A stretch of 64,000 bases of DNA, taken from assembly GCA_965227295.1 (NCBI GenBank), contig OZ245742.1, positions 3,584,001 to 3,648,000 of the forward strand. The letters are read 5' to 3'. Position numbers and translations under genes: made by a program. The notes beneath the pieces are model-generated. The model saw nothing but the letters and a program-made list of their open reading frames with translations, did no database searches and was not told the DNA's origin. Of this stretch, positions 38,321 through 49,633 are shown piece by piece. The stretch is from Leptonemataceae bacterium (GTDB lineage Bacteria; Spirochaetota; Leptospiria; Leptospirales; Leptonemataceae). Numbering within the stretch: the stretch's first letter is position 1; every line of letters starts with the position of its first letter.

Positions 38321-39892
38321 ATGGACACCATCTTATATATACTACTGGGAGTGTACTTCCTCGACATCCTGCTGCTCTTTGCGTTCGGCCTGCACGCCTT
38401 CTTAATGATTGCGTTGTCCCGTCGCCGCAGGGAGCACTGTATGGCCGGTGAAACGGACCCGGCGGCGACGGCGCGTGAGTTGCCTGTCGTTACCGTCCAG
38501 CTTCCCATCTACAACGAGTACTACGTCATTGATCGTCTCATCGAAGGAGCGGTGGCTCTGGACTGGCCGCGTAAGAAACTCGAAATCCAGGTTCTCGACG
38601 ATTCCACCGATGCCACGCGTGAAAAGACCGCCGAACTCGTAGAGCAGTATCGCCGCCAGGGCTTCAATATCCAACATCTGCACCGTACGGATCGTACCGG
38701 TCACAAGGCCGGCGCGCTCAAGGCCGGTCTGGCCAGGGCCAGGGGTCGTTTCGTTGCCGTCTTCGACGCGGACTTCGTTCCATCGCCCGAATTTTTGCGC
38801 AAGACCGTCCCGTACTTCGACGACCCGGAGATCGGCATGGTGCAGACCCGCTGGGGTCACATCAACGAGGACTACTCGCTGCTGACGAAGGCGCAATCCA
38901 TCGGCATTGACGGCCACTTCATGATCGAACAAACCGCGCGCAATGCTTCGGAGCTGTGGATGAACTTCAACGGCACCGGTGGTATCTGGCGCAAGCAGTG
39001 CATCCTCGAAGCGGGCAACTGGCAGGCGGACACCCTGACGGAAGACTTCGACTTATCTTATCGAGCGCTACTGGCCGGCTGGAAGTTCCGCTACTTCAAA
39101 GACCTCACGAATCCCGGCGAGATTCCGCCGACGGTGCAGGCATTCAAGTCCCAGCAGTTCCGCTGGTGCAAGGGCTCGATTCAGACCGCCGTTAAATTGC
39201 TGCCGCGCATTCTGACGGCCGACGTCAACTGGAAGATCAAAGCCGAGGCCGTGGTCCATCTGCTCTCGTATACCATGCACCCGCTCATGATTCTGAACAT
39301 CCTGTTTGCCCTGCCGTTGTTGCTCATGGGCGAATGGACGAACCATCAACTGAGCGACGTCTCCATGGTTGCCATCCTCGGAGTCGTGGCGTTCATGAGC
39401 GTTGGCACCTTCGGTCCCATCGTTTTCTACATTGTTTCGCAGCGGGACCTGCATCCGGATCGCTGGGTGCGCCGCATGATCTGGTTGCCCTTCTTGATGA
39501 TGATCGGCATCGGCGTGGCTGTTTCGAATACCCGCGCCTGGCTTGAAGGCATTACCGGCCGCCGCTCGGCGTTCATTCGTACGCCGAAGCTCCGCATTGA
39601 GTCGAAGAAAGATCGCGTGGGTGATCGCAAGATGTACACGATTCCCCTCGATCCGCTCGTGGCCGTGGAATTCCTGATGGGCGTCTACTGCGTTGTCTGT
39701 GGCTACTTTGCTTTTCTTACGCGACCCATGCTCGTTCCGTTTATGGTGATTTACGCCGCTGGCTTCTTTTACGTGTCGATCCTCTCGATCCGTGAAGCCC
39801 TGGCGTCGCGGGAAATCGTGCGACCGAAGCAGCGTCCTTCGTCCACGTCCGCGCCGTCCGCGGAGAGCTTTGCTTCGCGGAACGCCGCCTGA
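38321..39892 (+). CDS. GT2 cellulose-synthase-like processive glycosyltransferase
   Basis: VQLPIYNE, DDS, KAG, FDAD, TED and QQFRW motifs; C-terminal TM segments. Confidence 0.93.
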   Translation: MDTILYILLGVYFLDILLLFAFGLHAFLMIALSRRRREHCMAGETDPAATARELPVVTVQLPIYNEYYVIDRLIEGAVALDWPRKKLEIQVLDDSTDATREKTAELVEQYRRQGFNIQHLHRTDRTGHKAGALKAGLARARGRFVAVFDADFVPSPEFLRKTVPYFDDPEIGMVQTRWGHINEDYSLLTKAQSIGIDGHFMIEQTARNASELWMNFNGTGGIWRKQCILEAGNWQADTLTEDFDLSYRALLAGWKFRYFKDLTNPGEIPPTVQAFKSQQFRWCKGSIQTAVKLLPRILTADVNWKIKAEAVVHLLSYTMHPLMILNILFALPLLLMGEWTNHQLSDVSMVAILGVVAFMSVGTFGPIVFYIVSQRDLHPDRWVRRMIWLPFLMMIGIGVAVSNTRAWLEGITGRRSAFIRTPKLRIESKKDRVGDRKMYTIPLDPLVAVEFLMGVYCVVCGYFAFLTRPMLVPFMVIYAAGFFYVSILSIREALASREIVRPKQRPSSTSAPSAESFASRNAA

Positions 39893-40857
39893 GCGACCTC
39901 AGCCGGTACCCACTGCTCGTTTTCTCCGCGGCACGGTGTACCCTCTACGATCAGGCCGACGCCTGGAGCTATCCGGCGCGGATTTCATTCGCACAGACCG
40001 CACAGCAGCGCCGGCAACTTCTTGAGGAAAGCGAGGAGGTGCTCGCGCGCTCCGGGCCCCCGCTCTCGAAAGAAGATTTTCGTAAGCTTACCTGGCGCCC
40101 CGGTTCCGAATCCGCCGCCTTTCTACGCCTGGTGCATCGCCGGGCTCTGGGGGCCGGCGGACTGCGATTCTCCGGCCTGGAAAATCCGCCGCTGGAGTCG
40201 TTGCGGCTCCACGGCGCCGAAGGTGAGGATTGGGCCGCGGCCTTTCCCATCGTGCGCATGAACGAACGCTCTCATCTTACCGACGAAGAGCATGACTTTC
40301 GCAGCCCGGTCCGGCGACGGATTCTCATCTACGTCAACCCGGCCGGGGAACCTGCATTGCCCGAGGCCGCGCGGGAAGGACAGGAGATCCTTGCATTGCT
40401 GGAAGCCGCCGGGCCCGGCCTGGAAGTACGTTACATCGCGCGCAACTTGAGCGAACACGAATGGTTCGAGGCCGTCGCCGATGCGGACGTCGTCCTGTAC
40501 TTCGGTCACGGCCGAAACATCGGCGGGTATCCGGCGATTCCCCTGGGGGCTCGCGGGACGGTGGACGGCTATGCACCGTTTTTTCCGGGCACCGTACTGG
40601 GCGGCCCTGAACCATCACTTTTTGTATTTGCGGCCTGCCTCCCGGATGCCGGCGAGCTGTCCTTCGACCGCCAGGGGACCTTCGTCTATCCAGTCTGTCG
40701 GATTGCCGACCGGCCCTCGCGTTTTGTGCGGGATTTTTGCGAGCAGCTCTTCGTCGGCGAGTCTGCCGGGAGTCCCGCGCTGGCCTTTCACACGGCGTGC
40801 CGTCGGGACCGGGAACACGGCGACATCCGGCGGTTTCTGTTCCGGCTCCAGGGCTAG
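39889..40857 (+). CDS. Hypothetical protein with CHAT/caspase-like His-Cys motifs; start uncertain (CTG 39889 or GTG 40039)
   Basis: NP.GE..LPEAAREG, LYFGHG and FAAC motifs. Confidence 0.6.
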   Translation: MSDLSRYPLLVFSAARCTLYDQADAWSYPARISFAQTAQQRRQLLEESEEVLARSGPPLSKEDFRKLTWRPGSESAAFLRLVHRRALGAGGLRFSGLENPPLESLRLHGAEGEDWAAAFPIVRMNERSHLTDEEHDFRSPVRRRILIYVNPAGEPALPEAAREGQEILALLEAAGPGLEVRYIARNLSEHEWFEAVADADVVLYFGHGRNIGGYPAIPLGARGTVDGYAPFFPGTVLGGPEPSLFVFAACLPDAGELSFDRQGTFVYPVCRIADRPSRFVRDFCEQLFVGESAGSPALAFHTACRRDREHGDIRRFLFRLQG

Positions 40858-40940
40858 ACCGCGAATCGCTTTGACAATATTTCCGGACGCCTTAGAAGCG
40901 TCCCATGGTTTCGGGTTCCTTCTTTAATGATTCTGTTCAT

Positions 40941-41291
40941 ATGCGCGATGCGTCGCGTCAGAAGCGCAAGATGGCCCGTACGACGGTCAGCCTCAGCGGC
41001 GAGTATCTCGTCGGAAACGATGATCGCCCCGTGGAATGCAGCATCACCGATATTGGCACCGGTGGCCTGTCCATGCTCACCAGAACCTCCATGTATGTCG
41101 GCGATGCCGTGCGTGTGCGTCTGCGCCTCGGCAGCGAATCCCTGGAGCTGGCCGGTCAGGTCGTACGGGTCACAGGCAAGACCGTCGGCGTGCAGTTCAC
41201 CCGCATCGACGAGGAGCAGCTGGAAAAGATCCAGGCGTACATCCACACGACATTCTTCCAGGATCCGAAGGATTCGCGGAAAAACCGTTGA
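40941..41291 (+). CDS. PilZ domain protein
   Basis: KRKMAR (RxxxR) and DIGTGG (DxSxxG-like) motifs; GVQF. Confidence 0.88.
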   Translation: MRDASRQKRKMARTTVSLSGEYLVGNDDRPVECSITDIGTGGLSMLTRTSMYVGDAVRVRLRLGSESLELAGQVVRVTGKTVGVQFTRIDEEQLEKIQAYIHTTFFQDPKDSRKNR

Positions 41292-41370
41292 CCCGCGAAG
41301 CGTTGGTTCACAATCTGGCTGTTTCGTACCCTCCCGCACATACGCGGTCATCATTCAGGAGTCATTCTAC

Positions 41371-41667
41371 ATGCCGGCAGGTGAAAAGGTTTACTGCGCC
41401 AATTGCGCTCATTGCATCGTCGTCCGCCAGTACGAGGCGGAGCACGATAAGTACATTCTCCGCGTTCGTTGCAACAAGAAGAAGTGGTCTAAACGCTCCG
41501 GTGAAGAGAAACTCTACAAGTACTTCACCGTTGCACGGCGTATGCAACCGAACTGTGAAGACTATCAGGAGATGGGGGACTTGCTTCCGTACATTAAGAA
41601 CCTCAAGAAAGAGCTCCCGATCAAAGACGAGATCTACGTGGTGAAAAAACCCGTACGATCTTCCTGA
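41371..41667 (+). CDS. Conserved small Cys-containing protein
   Basis: AGGAG RBS; YCANCAHC motif; strong codon bias. Confidence 0.75.
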   Translation: MPAGEKVYCANCAHCIVVRQYEAEHDKYILRVRCNKKKWSKRSGEEKLYKYFTVARRMQPNCEDYQEMGDLLPYIKNLKKELPIKDEIYVVKKPVRSS

Positions 41668-41668
41668 A

Positions 41669-42964
41669 TTGTTCTCCGCCCTTCGTTCCACGTTCCGCAC
41701 GCCGTATCTTCTCCTGCCGCGCCTGAGCGGCGCGTCGGCAACTTTCGCCCGGCTTCCTGTAGCAGGGCGCATCGTTCTTGCGGCTTCACGGGACCAGACC
41801 GGGTTTGCTTTTGCCCCGGTGAATCCGGAAGACTTCCCCCGCCGTGTCGCCGAGGGCGAGCGCATTGCCGGGGATCCCGACGGCTTCCCGTTGCTGGCCC
41901 CATTGCCGGGCATCCTCGATTACGATCCGTCCATGGCGGTCTTTACGTTAAAGACCGAGGGCAGTGTGCGCTTCGGCCGCTCGGGTAATGCTGAGGCCAC
42001 CGGCGGACTGGCCGCCTCTCTTCGTGATATTCCCGATGCCGCCGAACTTCGCGGGGAGTTTCTGCGCCGGTTGTTGCAGGCCGGTGTACCGTCTCTGGAT
42101 TTTCGCGGACTCTCCCTCGCGACCCTGCTCGATCGTGTCCTGAGTTCCGCCGATGCCACCGTTCGCCCGTGCGTTGTCTTCGATCTCTCAGATCCGGAAG
42201 GAGGCATCGAGTACGAACGTCTCCCGGAATTTTCCAGGGACCGTCTGCAGACGGCGCAGGACCTGTTGCGCCGCATGTCCGCGAGCCCGGAACTGGACCT
42301 GGTCATCTTAGCCGGGAATCGTTCGGGGCCGCGCGAACGTGCGCGCAACCTGGCCGAGGTGCGGGCTGCCCGGGCGTGCGGGCGCCGTCTCGATCACAGT
42401 CGCCCTCTGGAAGGACAGGGCGTTGCCTATCTGGGGCCGGCAACGTTGTATGCTCTGTTCGAGTTTCTATTCTCCGGTCCGTCGGGTGAGGCGCTGCCCT
42501 TCGTGTCGCGCCCGCTGGCGGTGGTACGCGAGAGCGGCGCGACTCAGATCTACCCGCTCGTGAACGGCTACGATCTCGAAACGTATTTCCAGGAGCAGGG
42601 CGCTTCGGTGCACCATGTCATAGCTGGCGACTTCTTTCGTGAACCAGCGCGCAATGCGGCTGATCCTGCGCTGCGTTACTTCAACATCTTTCGCCGGGCG
42701 ACGCTGTATCTGCTGCGCAGCGATCCCGGTTCGCGCCAGGCCTTGAATCTTCCCTGCACGGGCTGCCTCGCCTGTGAACAGATATGTCCAGTGGACGCGC
42801 GTCCCCTGGCATTGATTCAGGCCGGACGCCGGGAGGAATTTCGTGCGGATCGCTGCCTCCAGTGCGGGCTGTGCACCTACGTATGCGAAGCGGGCATCGA
42901 TCTTTCTCATGCGATAGAGGAGCGGCGCGGGGAACTCAACTTGCGTTCCCGTCCCGTGTGGTAA
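41669..42964 (+). CDS. 2x[4Fe-4S] protein, divergent RnfC-like
   Basis: CTGCLACEQICP and CLQCGLCTYVC motifs; VAEGERI...APLPG N-terminal sandwich-hybrid-like motif. Confidence 0.7.
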   Translation: MFSALRSTFRTPYLLLPRLSGASATFARLPVAGRIVLAASRDQTGFAFAPVNPEDFPRRVAEGERIAGDPDGFPLLAPLPGILDYDPSMAVFTLKTEGSVRFGRSGNAEATGGLAASLRDIPDAAELRGEFLRRLLQAGVPSLDFRGLSLATLLDRVLSSADATVRPCVVFDLSDPEGGIEYERLPEFSRDRLQTAQDLLRRMSASPELDLVILAGNRSGPRERARNLAEVRAARACGRRLDHSRPLEGQGVAYLGPATLYALFEFLFSGPSGEALPFVSRPLAVVRESGATQIYPLVNGYDLETYFQEQGASVHHVIAGDFFREPARNAADPALRYFNIFRRATLYLLRSDPGSRQALNLPCTGCLACEQICPVDARPLALIQAGRREEFRADRCLQCGLCTYVCEAGIDLSHAIEERRGELNLRSRPVW

Positions 42965-42973
42965 GGCTGGCTC

Positions 42974-43834
42974 ATGTCCCGGGCGCGCGGTGTCTATCTG
43001 TTCGAAACCGTTCTGGTGTATTTGCCCGCACCGCTGATGATTCTATTCTTCACGGTGGAACCCGTGGTGCCCGCACTGCCCTGGGCAGCGGGCGCCGCCG
43101 TGATCGTCATTGCCTGGCGCGTGCTGCTGTTTCAGCGGGCCTCGGCCGGAGATAACGCCGACCTGCACCGTACGCGGCTCATCGGCGAGGTGCTGGCTCC
43201 GCTGCTTCAGATTCTGTGGCTGCTGTTGCTTTTGCCGCCGGGGGCCGCGATGGTCTGGGCCGTGGTCGTCGTGGTTGTTTATTGCGTGGTGCCGCCTCTG
43301 CCGGACCCGCGCCGCCCCTATCTTTCCCCGGCCGGCCTGGTGCTGATCCTGTTGTGTGCGGTGTTGCTCGTCTGGCCGCAGCTTTTGCCCGCGAATTCGG
43401 TTCCGATCTCTGCCTGCCTCATCCCCGGAGTTACCGCGGACCCCGGGATGCCGTGCCTGCCGGTGGAAAGCGGAGCCGACTGGATGCTGCTTCAGGTAGT
43501 GCTGCTCGTGCTCTTCCGGCCGCGGCGTTACTTCCTGTCGCTGATCGTGTGGTTGTGCATCGGTCTCGTGCTCGCGCAGTTTCTACCGGCGACGGACCTG
43601 CCGGCACTGCTGGCGCTCACGGCCCTGCCGTTCTTTTTTCCTGGCCGTCCGTATCGCCTGCTTGCGCCGCGTCTGGTCTTTGCGCTCATTTGGGCTACCG
43701 GTACCGGCTTGCTGGCGTATCTTGTCGGTCCGGCGGGTGTGTTCGTTCACACGGCCTGGCTCATCGGGTTGCTGGCGGCCATGCTGGTTTCCGCTGGCTG
43801 TGAGTGGTTCCTGGCCGCGCGTCGGTTTTCCTGA
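42974..43834 (+). CDS. Polytopic membrane protein
   Basis: Many TM segments; directly follows the Fe-S gene. Confidence 0.65.
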   Translation: MSRARGVYLFETVLVYLPAPLMILFFTVEPVVPALPWAAGAAVIVIAWRVLLFQRASAGDNADLHRTRLIGEVLAPLLQILWLLLLLPPGAAMVWAVVVVVVYCVVPPLPDPRRPYLSPAGLVLILLCAVLLVWPQLLPANSVPISACLIPGVTADPGMPCLPVESGADWMLLQVVLLVLFRPRRYFLSLIVWLCIGLVLAQFLPATDLPALLALTALPFFFPGRPYRLLAPRLVFALIWATGTGLLAYLVGPAGVFVHTAWLIGLLAAMLVSAGCEWFLAARRFS

Positions 43835-43896
43835 TCGCTTTTTTTCGTCTTTTTCCTTCCGTCGGGTATGCGCCTTTCCTTTTATGGACAGAAGAC

Positions 43897-44358
43897 ATGC
43901 AGGTCCAGGAAGTCATCCCCGAAAATCGCTTGTACCATATTGAGCAGGAGTTCGACGATAAGATTCAGTTGATCGAGTACCTTTTCGATCGCTGCATCGA
44001 GGGAACTGTCCTCACCGAACATCGTGAAAGCATCTGGCAGACTCTGCTGGAGCGTGAACAATCCATGTCCACCGGCATCGGCGTGGGCGTCGCCATCCCG
44101 CACTGCTCCTCGGAGTATGTTCCCGACGTGTTCGGCGTTGCGGCCGTATTAAAAAACGGCGTGGACTTTCAGGCCGTGGACGATGTCCCCGTGCGCATCG
44201 TCGTACTGCTGCTCATGCCGAAAAAGAAATTTGAGAAGCACATCAAGGTGCTCGCTGCCGTGGCGAAGTTGTTTAACAACGAAAGCGTGCGGGCCGAGGT
44301 GCTCGCGGCCGAAAACGCCGGCGAGGCCTATCGCATTATGGCCGCCGCCGAATCATAA
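43897..44358 (+). CDS. ptsN: PTS IIA (nitrogen-regulatory type) protein
   Basis: REQSMSTGIGVGVAIPH and DFQAVDDVPV motifs. Confidence 0.88.
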   Translation: MQVQEVIPENRLYHIEQEFDDKIQLIEYLFDRCIEGTVLTEHRESIWQTLLEREQSMSTGIGVGVAIPHCSSEYVPDVFGVAAVLKNGVDFQAVDDVPVRIVVLLLMPKKKFEKHIKVLAAVAKLFNNESVRAEVLAAENAGEAYRIMAAAES

Positions 44359-44391
44359 CAAAACGGCAGCCCGCCCGCGCCGGCTCTTCCC

Positions 44392-44982
44392 TTACGTCTC
44401 GACGGAATCGATGATGCCGTAGTCCAGGGCTTCCTGGGCGTTCAGGTAGTAGTCGCGATCGGTGTCCTGTTCGACCTGCTCCAGACTGCGTGACGTGGCT
44501 TCGGCGATGATGCGGTTCAACTCATCGCGGATTTTGCGGATCTCTTCCGCCTGGATCTTGATGTCTACCGCGGGGGCGATGATCTGCCCGGAGATCAACG
44601 GTTGGTGAATCATGATCCGCGCGTGGGCCCAGGCCTTGCGTTTGCCCTTCGCGCCGCCGACGAGGAGCAGGGCGCCCATGCTCGCGGCGAGACCCATGCA
44701 AACCGTGGAAACGTCCGAGCTGATCATCTGCATGGTGTCGTAGATGGCCATGCCCGAGGTGATGACGCCGCCGGGGCTGTTGATGTAGAAGGTGATGTCT
44801 TTGCCCGGATCCTGCGCTTCCAGATAGAGCAGGCGCTCGACGATGTAGCGAGCGGAGCGATCCTCAACGGCGCCCCAGAGATAGATCTTCCGCTGCTCAA
44901 GCAGGGTCTCTTCGATTTTTGATTGGATGGGATCGATGGCGGCCGCCGGCTGAGCGGCCTTGATTTCAGAGTACTGGTTCAT
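44392..44982 (-). CDS. clpP: ATP-dependent Clp protease proteolytic subunit (intact triad)
   Basis: YINSPGG, AASMG, MIHQP and TDRDYY motifs. Confidence 0.95.
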   Translation of the reverse strand: MNQYSEIKAAQPAAAIDPIQSKIEETLLEQRKIYLWGAVEDRSARYIVERLLYLEAQDPGKDITFYINSPGGVITSGMAIYDTMQMISSDVSTVCMGLAASMGALLLVGGAKGKRKAWAHARIMIHQPLISGQIIAPAVDIKIQAEEIRKIRDELNRIIAEATSRSLEQVEQDTDRDYYLNAQEALDYGIIDSVET

Positions 44983-45051
44983 AGCTTTCCCGCTAAGAAA
45001 CCGACGATAGGCCTGTAAGTCAACTCAGGAATGCTCCGGAAGAACCGGGGG

Positions 45052-46820
<1,769 letters not shown>

Positions 46821-46917
46821 TTACTCCGGTCCAGTAGAAACTTTTTTGGAATTTTGATTGCCCAAGAGCGGCCTTTCTGATCTGAACATAAGTGCGCCGT
46901 TTCCCGGCGAGACTCTC

Positions 46918-47421
46918 ATGACGACCCACAGCGCCACCATCGACGAACTGAATACCGTCGAAACCAGTGTTGAGACCTGGCAGGATTTCATCGAAGCGAG
47001 CATGGCTTCCGAGTTCTACGGCATCGCCCTGCAACACACGAGCGATCTCGAACTCGCCGCGTCTCTCACGTTGCTCCGGAATTACCTTTCGATTTTTGCA
47101 TCCTCGGAACAGAAGAAGATCGAGTCCGACGTCGAGGAGTTCTACAAATACGCCGCGGGTTTCATCAGCGAGCTCTCGCCGTACCGCTACACGAAGGACG
47201 GCGAATACAACGAGGCCATCCGGGCCGCTTTCATCGGCAAGATCCGTACGCTCCTGAATGCACAGAAGGATGAACAGGGCCAGGTCATCGATCGTGCGCG
47301 TTACATTTTCATTCGCACGCTGGTAAAGTTCTGCTCGTCGCTGGATTACATCATCCAGGTGCACGACGAGTACAAGAAGTTTCTCTTCCGCGATCTACCC
47401 CAGATCCAGCACAAGTCCTGA
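46918..47421 (+). CDS. Conserved hypothetical protein
   Basis: Host-like codon usage; helical. Confidence 0.7.
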   Translation: MTTHSATIDELNTVETSVETWQDFIEASMASEFYGIALQHTSDLELAASLTLLRNYLSIFASSEQKKIESDVEEFYKYAAGFISELSPYRYTKDGEYNEAIRAAFIGKIRTLLNAQKDEQGQVIDRARYIFIRTLVKFCSSLDYIIQVHDEYKKFLFRDLPQIQHKS

Positions 47422-47422
47422 T

Positions 47423-48463
47423 TCATATCACGCCGAAGGCCTTTAGCTGCCGGTAAATGATCTCGATCGACACCATCACGATCGAAGCGAGTGGAATCGC
47501 AATGACCATGCCGATAATGCCGAGGTACTGCTGCATCGTAATGACGGCCAGGATTGCAATGAGGGGATGGAGTTCCACCGAGCGCGCCAGAATGACCGGC
47601 TGAATGAAGACGTTGTCGACGGCCTGGCCGATGCCGATGACGATCAGCGTCGGCACGAGCAGGCTCGCACCGGGTTCCATGATCGCAACGACGATGGCCG
47701 GCACAGCACCGATGATCGGTCCGAGATACGGAATAATGTTCACCGTGGCGGCGAGCAGACCGATGACCGGCCAGTAGGGCAGGCCGATCAAAAAGAAACC
47801 CGTACAGAAGACCGTGGACAGGATGATCCACTGAATGACCAGGCCTTTCATGTAAGCGATGATGTTGCTGTAGATGGAGTTCACGAGCAGAATCACCATC
47901 TCGAAGTAACGGTTCGGGATCATGTACATGAGGCGGCGGAAGATTTCATGGCCCTGCCAGAGAAAGACGACGGTGATGATCGGCGTGACGATCAGATACG
48001 TAACAAAGTTGCCGAGAAACGACATGTCCTGGGGCATCATGCCGGTAATCATGGACTCGGCGCGGTCCACGAGTTTCGCGGCGTCGCCTTTGCCGCTGAG
48101 TCCCGGCAGAGAACCGCCGAAATCTTCCCGCAATCCGTTGATGGCGCCTATGGCCCGATCGCGCAGTATGTCCTGGCGATCGCTGAGGGATTGCAACTCA
48201 CCCAGGATCATCGGGGCGATCAGGTTCACCACAATCACAAGCAGGACGATCATCCCGATGAACACGAAAAAAACGGCGAAGAAACGCGGGATGCCGAGGC
48301 CTTCGAGAAAGTCCACCAGCGGGTTCAAGACGAGGCCGATCAAAAAAGCGATGGCGATGGGGACGGCGAGCGTGGTCACGCCCGCGATCATGAACAACAC
48401 GAAGGCCCCCAGCAGTCCGAAGAACAGCAGTTGAACCAGGAAGTTGGAGATATCGCCGCGCAT
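47423..48463 (-). CDS. AI-2E family transporter
   Basis: LNPLVDFLE, NIIPYLGP and QP......ELHP motifs. Confidence 0.9.
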   Translation of the reverse strand: MRGDISNFLVQLLFFGLLGAFVLFMIAGVTTLAVPIAIAFLIGLVLNPLVDFLEGLGIPRFFAVFFVFIGMIVLLVIVVNLIAPMILGELQSLSDRQDILRDRAIGAINGLREDFGGSLPGLSGKGDAAKLVDRAESMITGMMPQDMSFLGNFVTYLIVTPIITVVFLWQGHEIFRRLMYMIPNRYFEMVILLVNSIYSNIIAYMKGLVIQWIILSTVFCTGFFLIGLPYWPVIGLLAATVNIIPYLGPIIGAVPAIVVAIMEPGASLLVPTLIVIGIGQAVDNVFIQPVILARSVELHPLIAILAVITMQQYLGIIGMVIAIPLASIVMVSIEIIYRQLKAFGVI

Positions 48464-48482
48464 AATACCTGTCGAAACGCAA

Positions 48483-49097
48483 TTAAACGTCGGGTTCGTC
48501 GAGGCCCACCTGTTGTTCGAGCGGTTGAACGGGCTGGATGTCCGGGCCGAATCCCCGTCGATCGAAGGCCGTTTCCGGCTCGATCATCGACAGGCGGTGT
48601 TGCATCTTCTCCAGTTCGGCGTTGGTATTGATGAGTCGCCGGGCCGTCAGGCGCGCCATGTTCATGACGATGACGGAACCCAGGCGGGGATTGCGCTGAT
48701 ACAGGCTCAGAAGATCCGGGCGAAAGAAACCCATGATCCGCGAGTAGCTCTGGGCCCGGGCCGAGGCCGTGCGCGGCAGGTCTTCCAGCAGCGCGAGTTC
48801 GCCCAGGAAATCGCCTTCACCGAGGATCGCGAACTGCCGGCGGTATTCGTCATTCTCCGTCCGGTAGATCTCGACCTTGCCCTCAAGGATGATGTACAGG
48901 CCCACCCCCGGCTCGCCCTGGCGAAAGATGTGTTCGTTTTCCTTGTAGTAGCGCAGGTGACACATACTGCGGATCATCCGCAGGCCGCGCGTGGGGATGT
49001 CCTGGAAGACCGGACAGGCAGCGAGGCGTTCGAGGATTTCTTCTTCCGGATCATTCTGGAAGATGCGCAGACTTTCCCACAGAGTGGATCGGGCCAT
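48483..49097 (-). CDS. Cyclic-nucleotide-binding domain protein
   Basis: IFRQGEPG..LYIILEG and GELALL...PRTASA motifs. Confidence 0.9.
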   Translation of the reverse strand: MARSTLWESLRIFQNDPEEEILERLAACPVFQDIPTRGLRMIRSMCHLRYYKENEHIFRQGEPGVGLYIILEGKVEIYRTENDEYRRQFAILGEGDFLGELALLEDLPRTASARAQSYSRIMGFFRPDLLSLYQRNPRLGSVIVMNMARLTARRLINTNAELEKMQHRLSMIEPETAFDRRGFGPDIQPVQPLEQQVGLDEPDV

Positions 49098-49217
49098 ATC
49101 GTTTACAGTATCGACCGCGCGAATTGTCGGACACACCGGATAGAGGTTTGTTTTTTATGTGGACGAGTATTCGTCCGATAAAATAGGGGTTACGGGGCTG
49201 CTCCGGCTCCGGAATAC

Positions 49218-49289
49218 CGGGATGTAGCGCAGGGGTAGCGCATCTGCTTTGGGAGCAGAGGGTCGTTGGTTCGAATCCAATCATCCCGA
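49218..49289 (+). tRNA. tRNA-Pro(TGG)
   Basis: Cloverleaf; TCTGC-tt TGG ga-GCAGA anticodon arm; TTCGAAT. Confidence 0.95.
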
Positions 49290-49293
49290 CAGA

Positions 49294-49367
49294 GCGCCAG
49301 TAGCTCAGTTGGATAGAGCAGCTGCCTTCTAAGCAGCTGGTCGGGGGTTCGAATCCTCCCTGGCGCG
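49294..49367 (+). tRNA. tRNA-Arg(TCT)
   Basis: GCTGC-ct TCT aa-GCAGC; acceptor stem GCGCCAG/CTGGCGC. Confidence 0.95.
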
Positions 49368-49410
49368 CAGGCAGTCGCTTTGGGACTGCCGAACCAGAAC
49401 AGATAAACAC

Positions 49411-49483
49411 GGCGGGTGTAGCTCAGTGGTAGAGCGCCAGATTGTGGCTCTGGATGTCGGGGGTTCAATTCCCCTCACTCGCC
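49411..49483 (+). tRNA. tRNA-His(GTG)
   Basis: G-1 present; CCAGA-tt GTG gc-TCTGG. Confidence 0.95.
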
Positions 49484-49486
49484 CAT

Positions 49487-49602
49487 CGTTTTTGCCCCTC
49501 CCTCCCGCGCAGCCCTGTGCGCGGCGCCCATCCATGGGCTTAGCGCCCAGGGGGGCGGACATCCTGTCCGCCAATCAGCGCAGAAGGGAGGGGCAAAAAG
49601 CG
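49487..49602. repeat. Composite REP-like palindrome abutting tRNA-His
   Basis: Outer arms TTTTTGCCCCTCCCT / AGGGAGGGGCAAAAA enclose hairpins GCCCATCCATGGGC and GGCGGACATCCTGTCCGCC. Confidence 0.75.
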
Positions 49603-49633
49603 AAGGCGTGGTTTCGTTCGGGACCGGCCTGGC

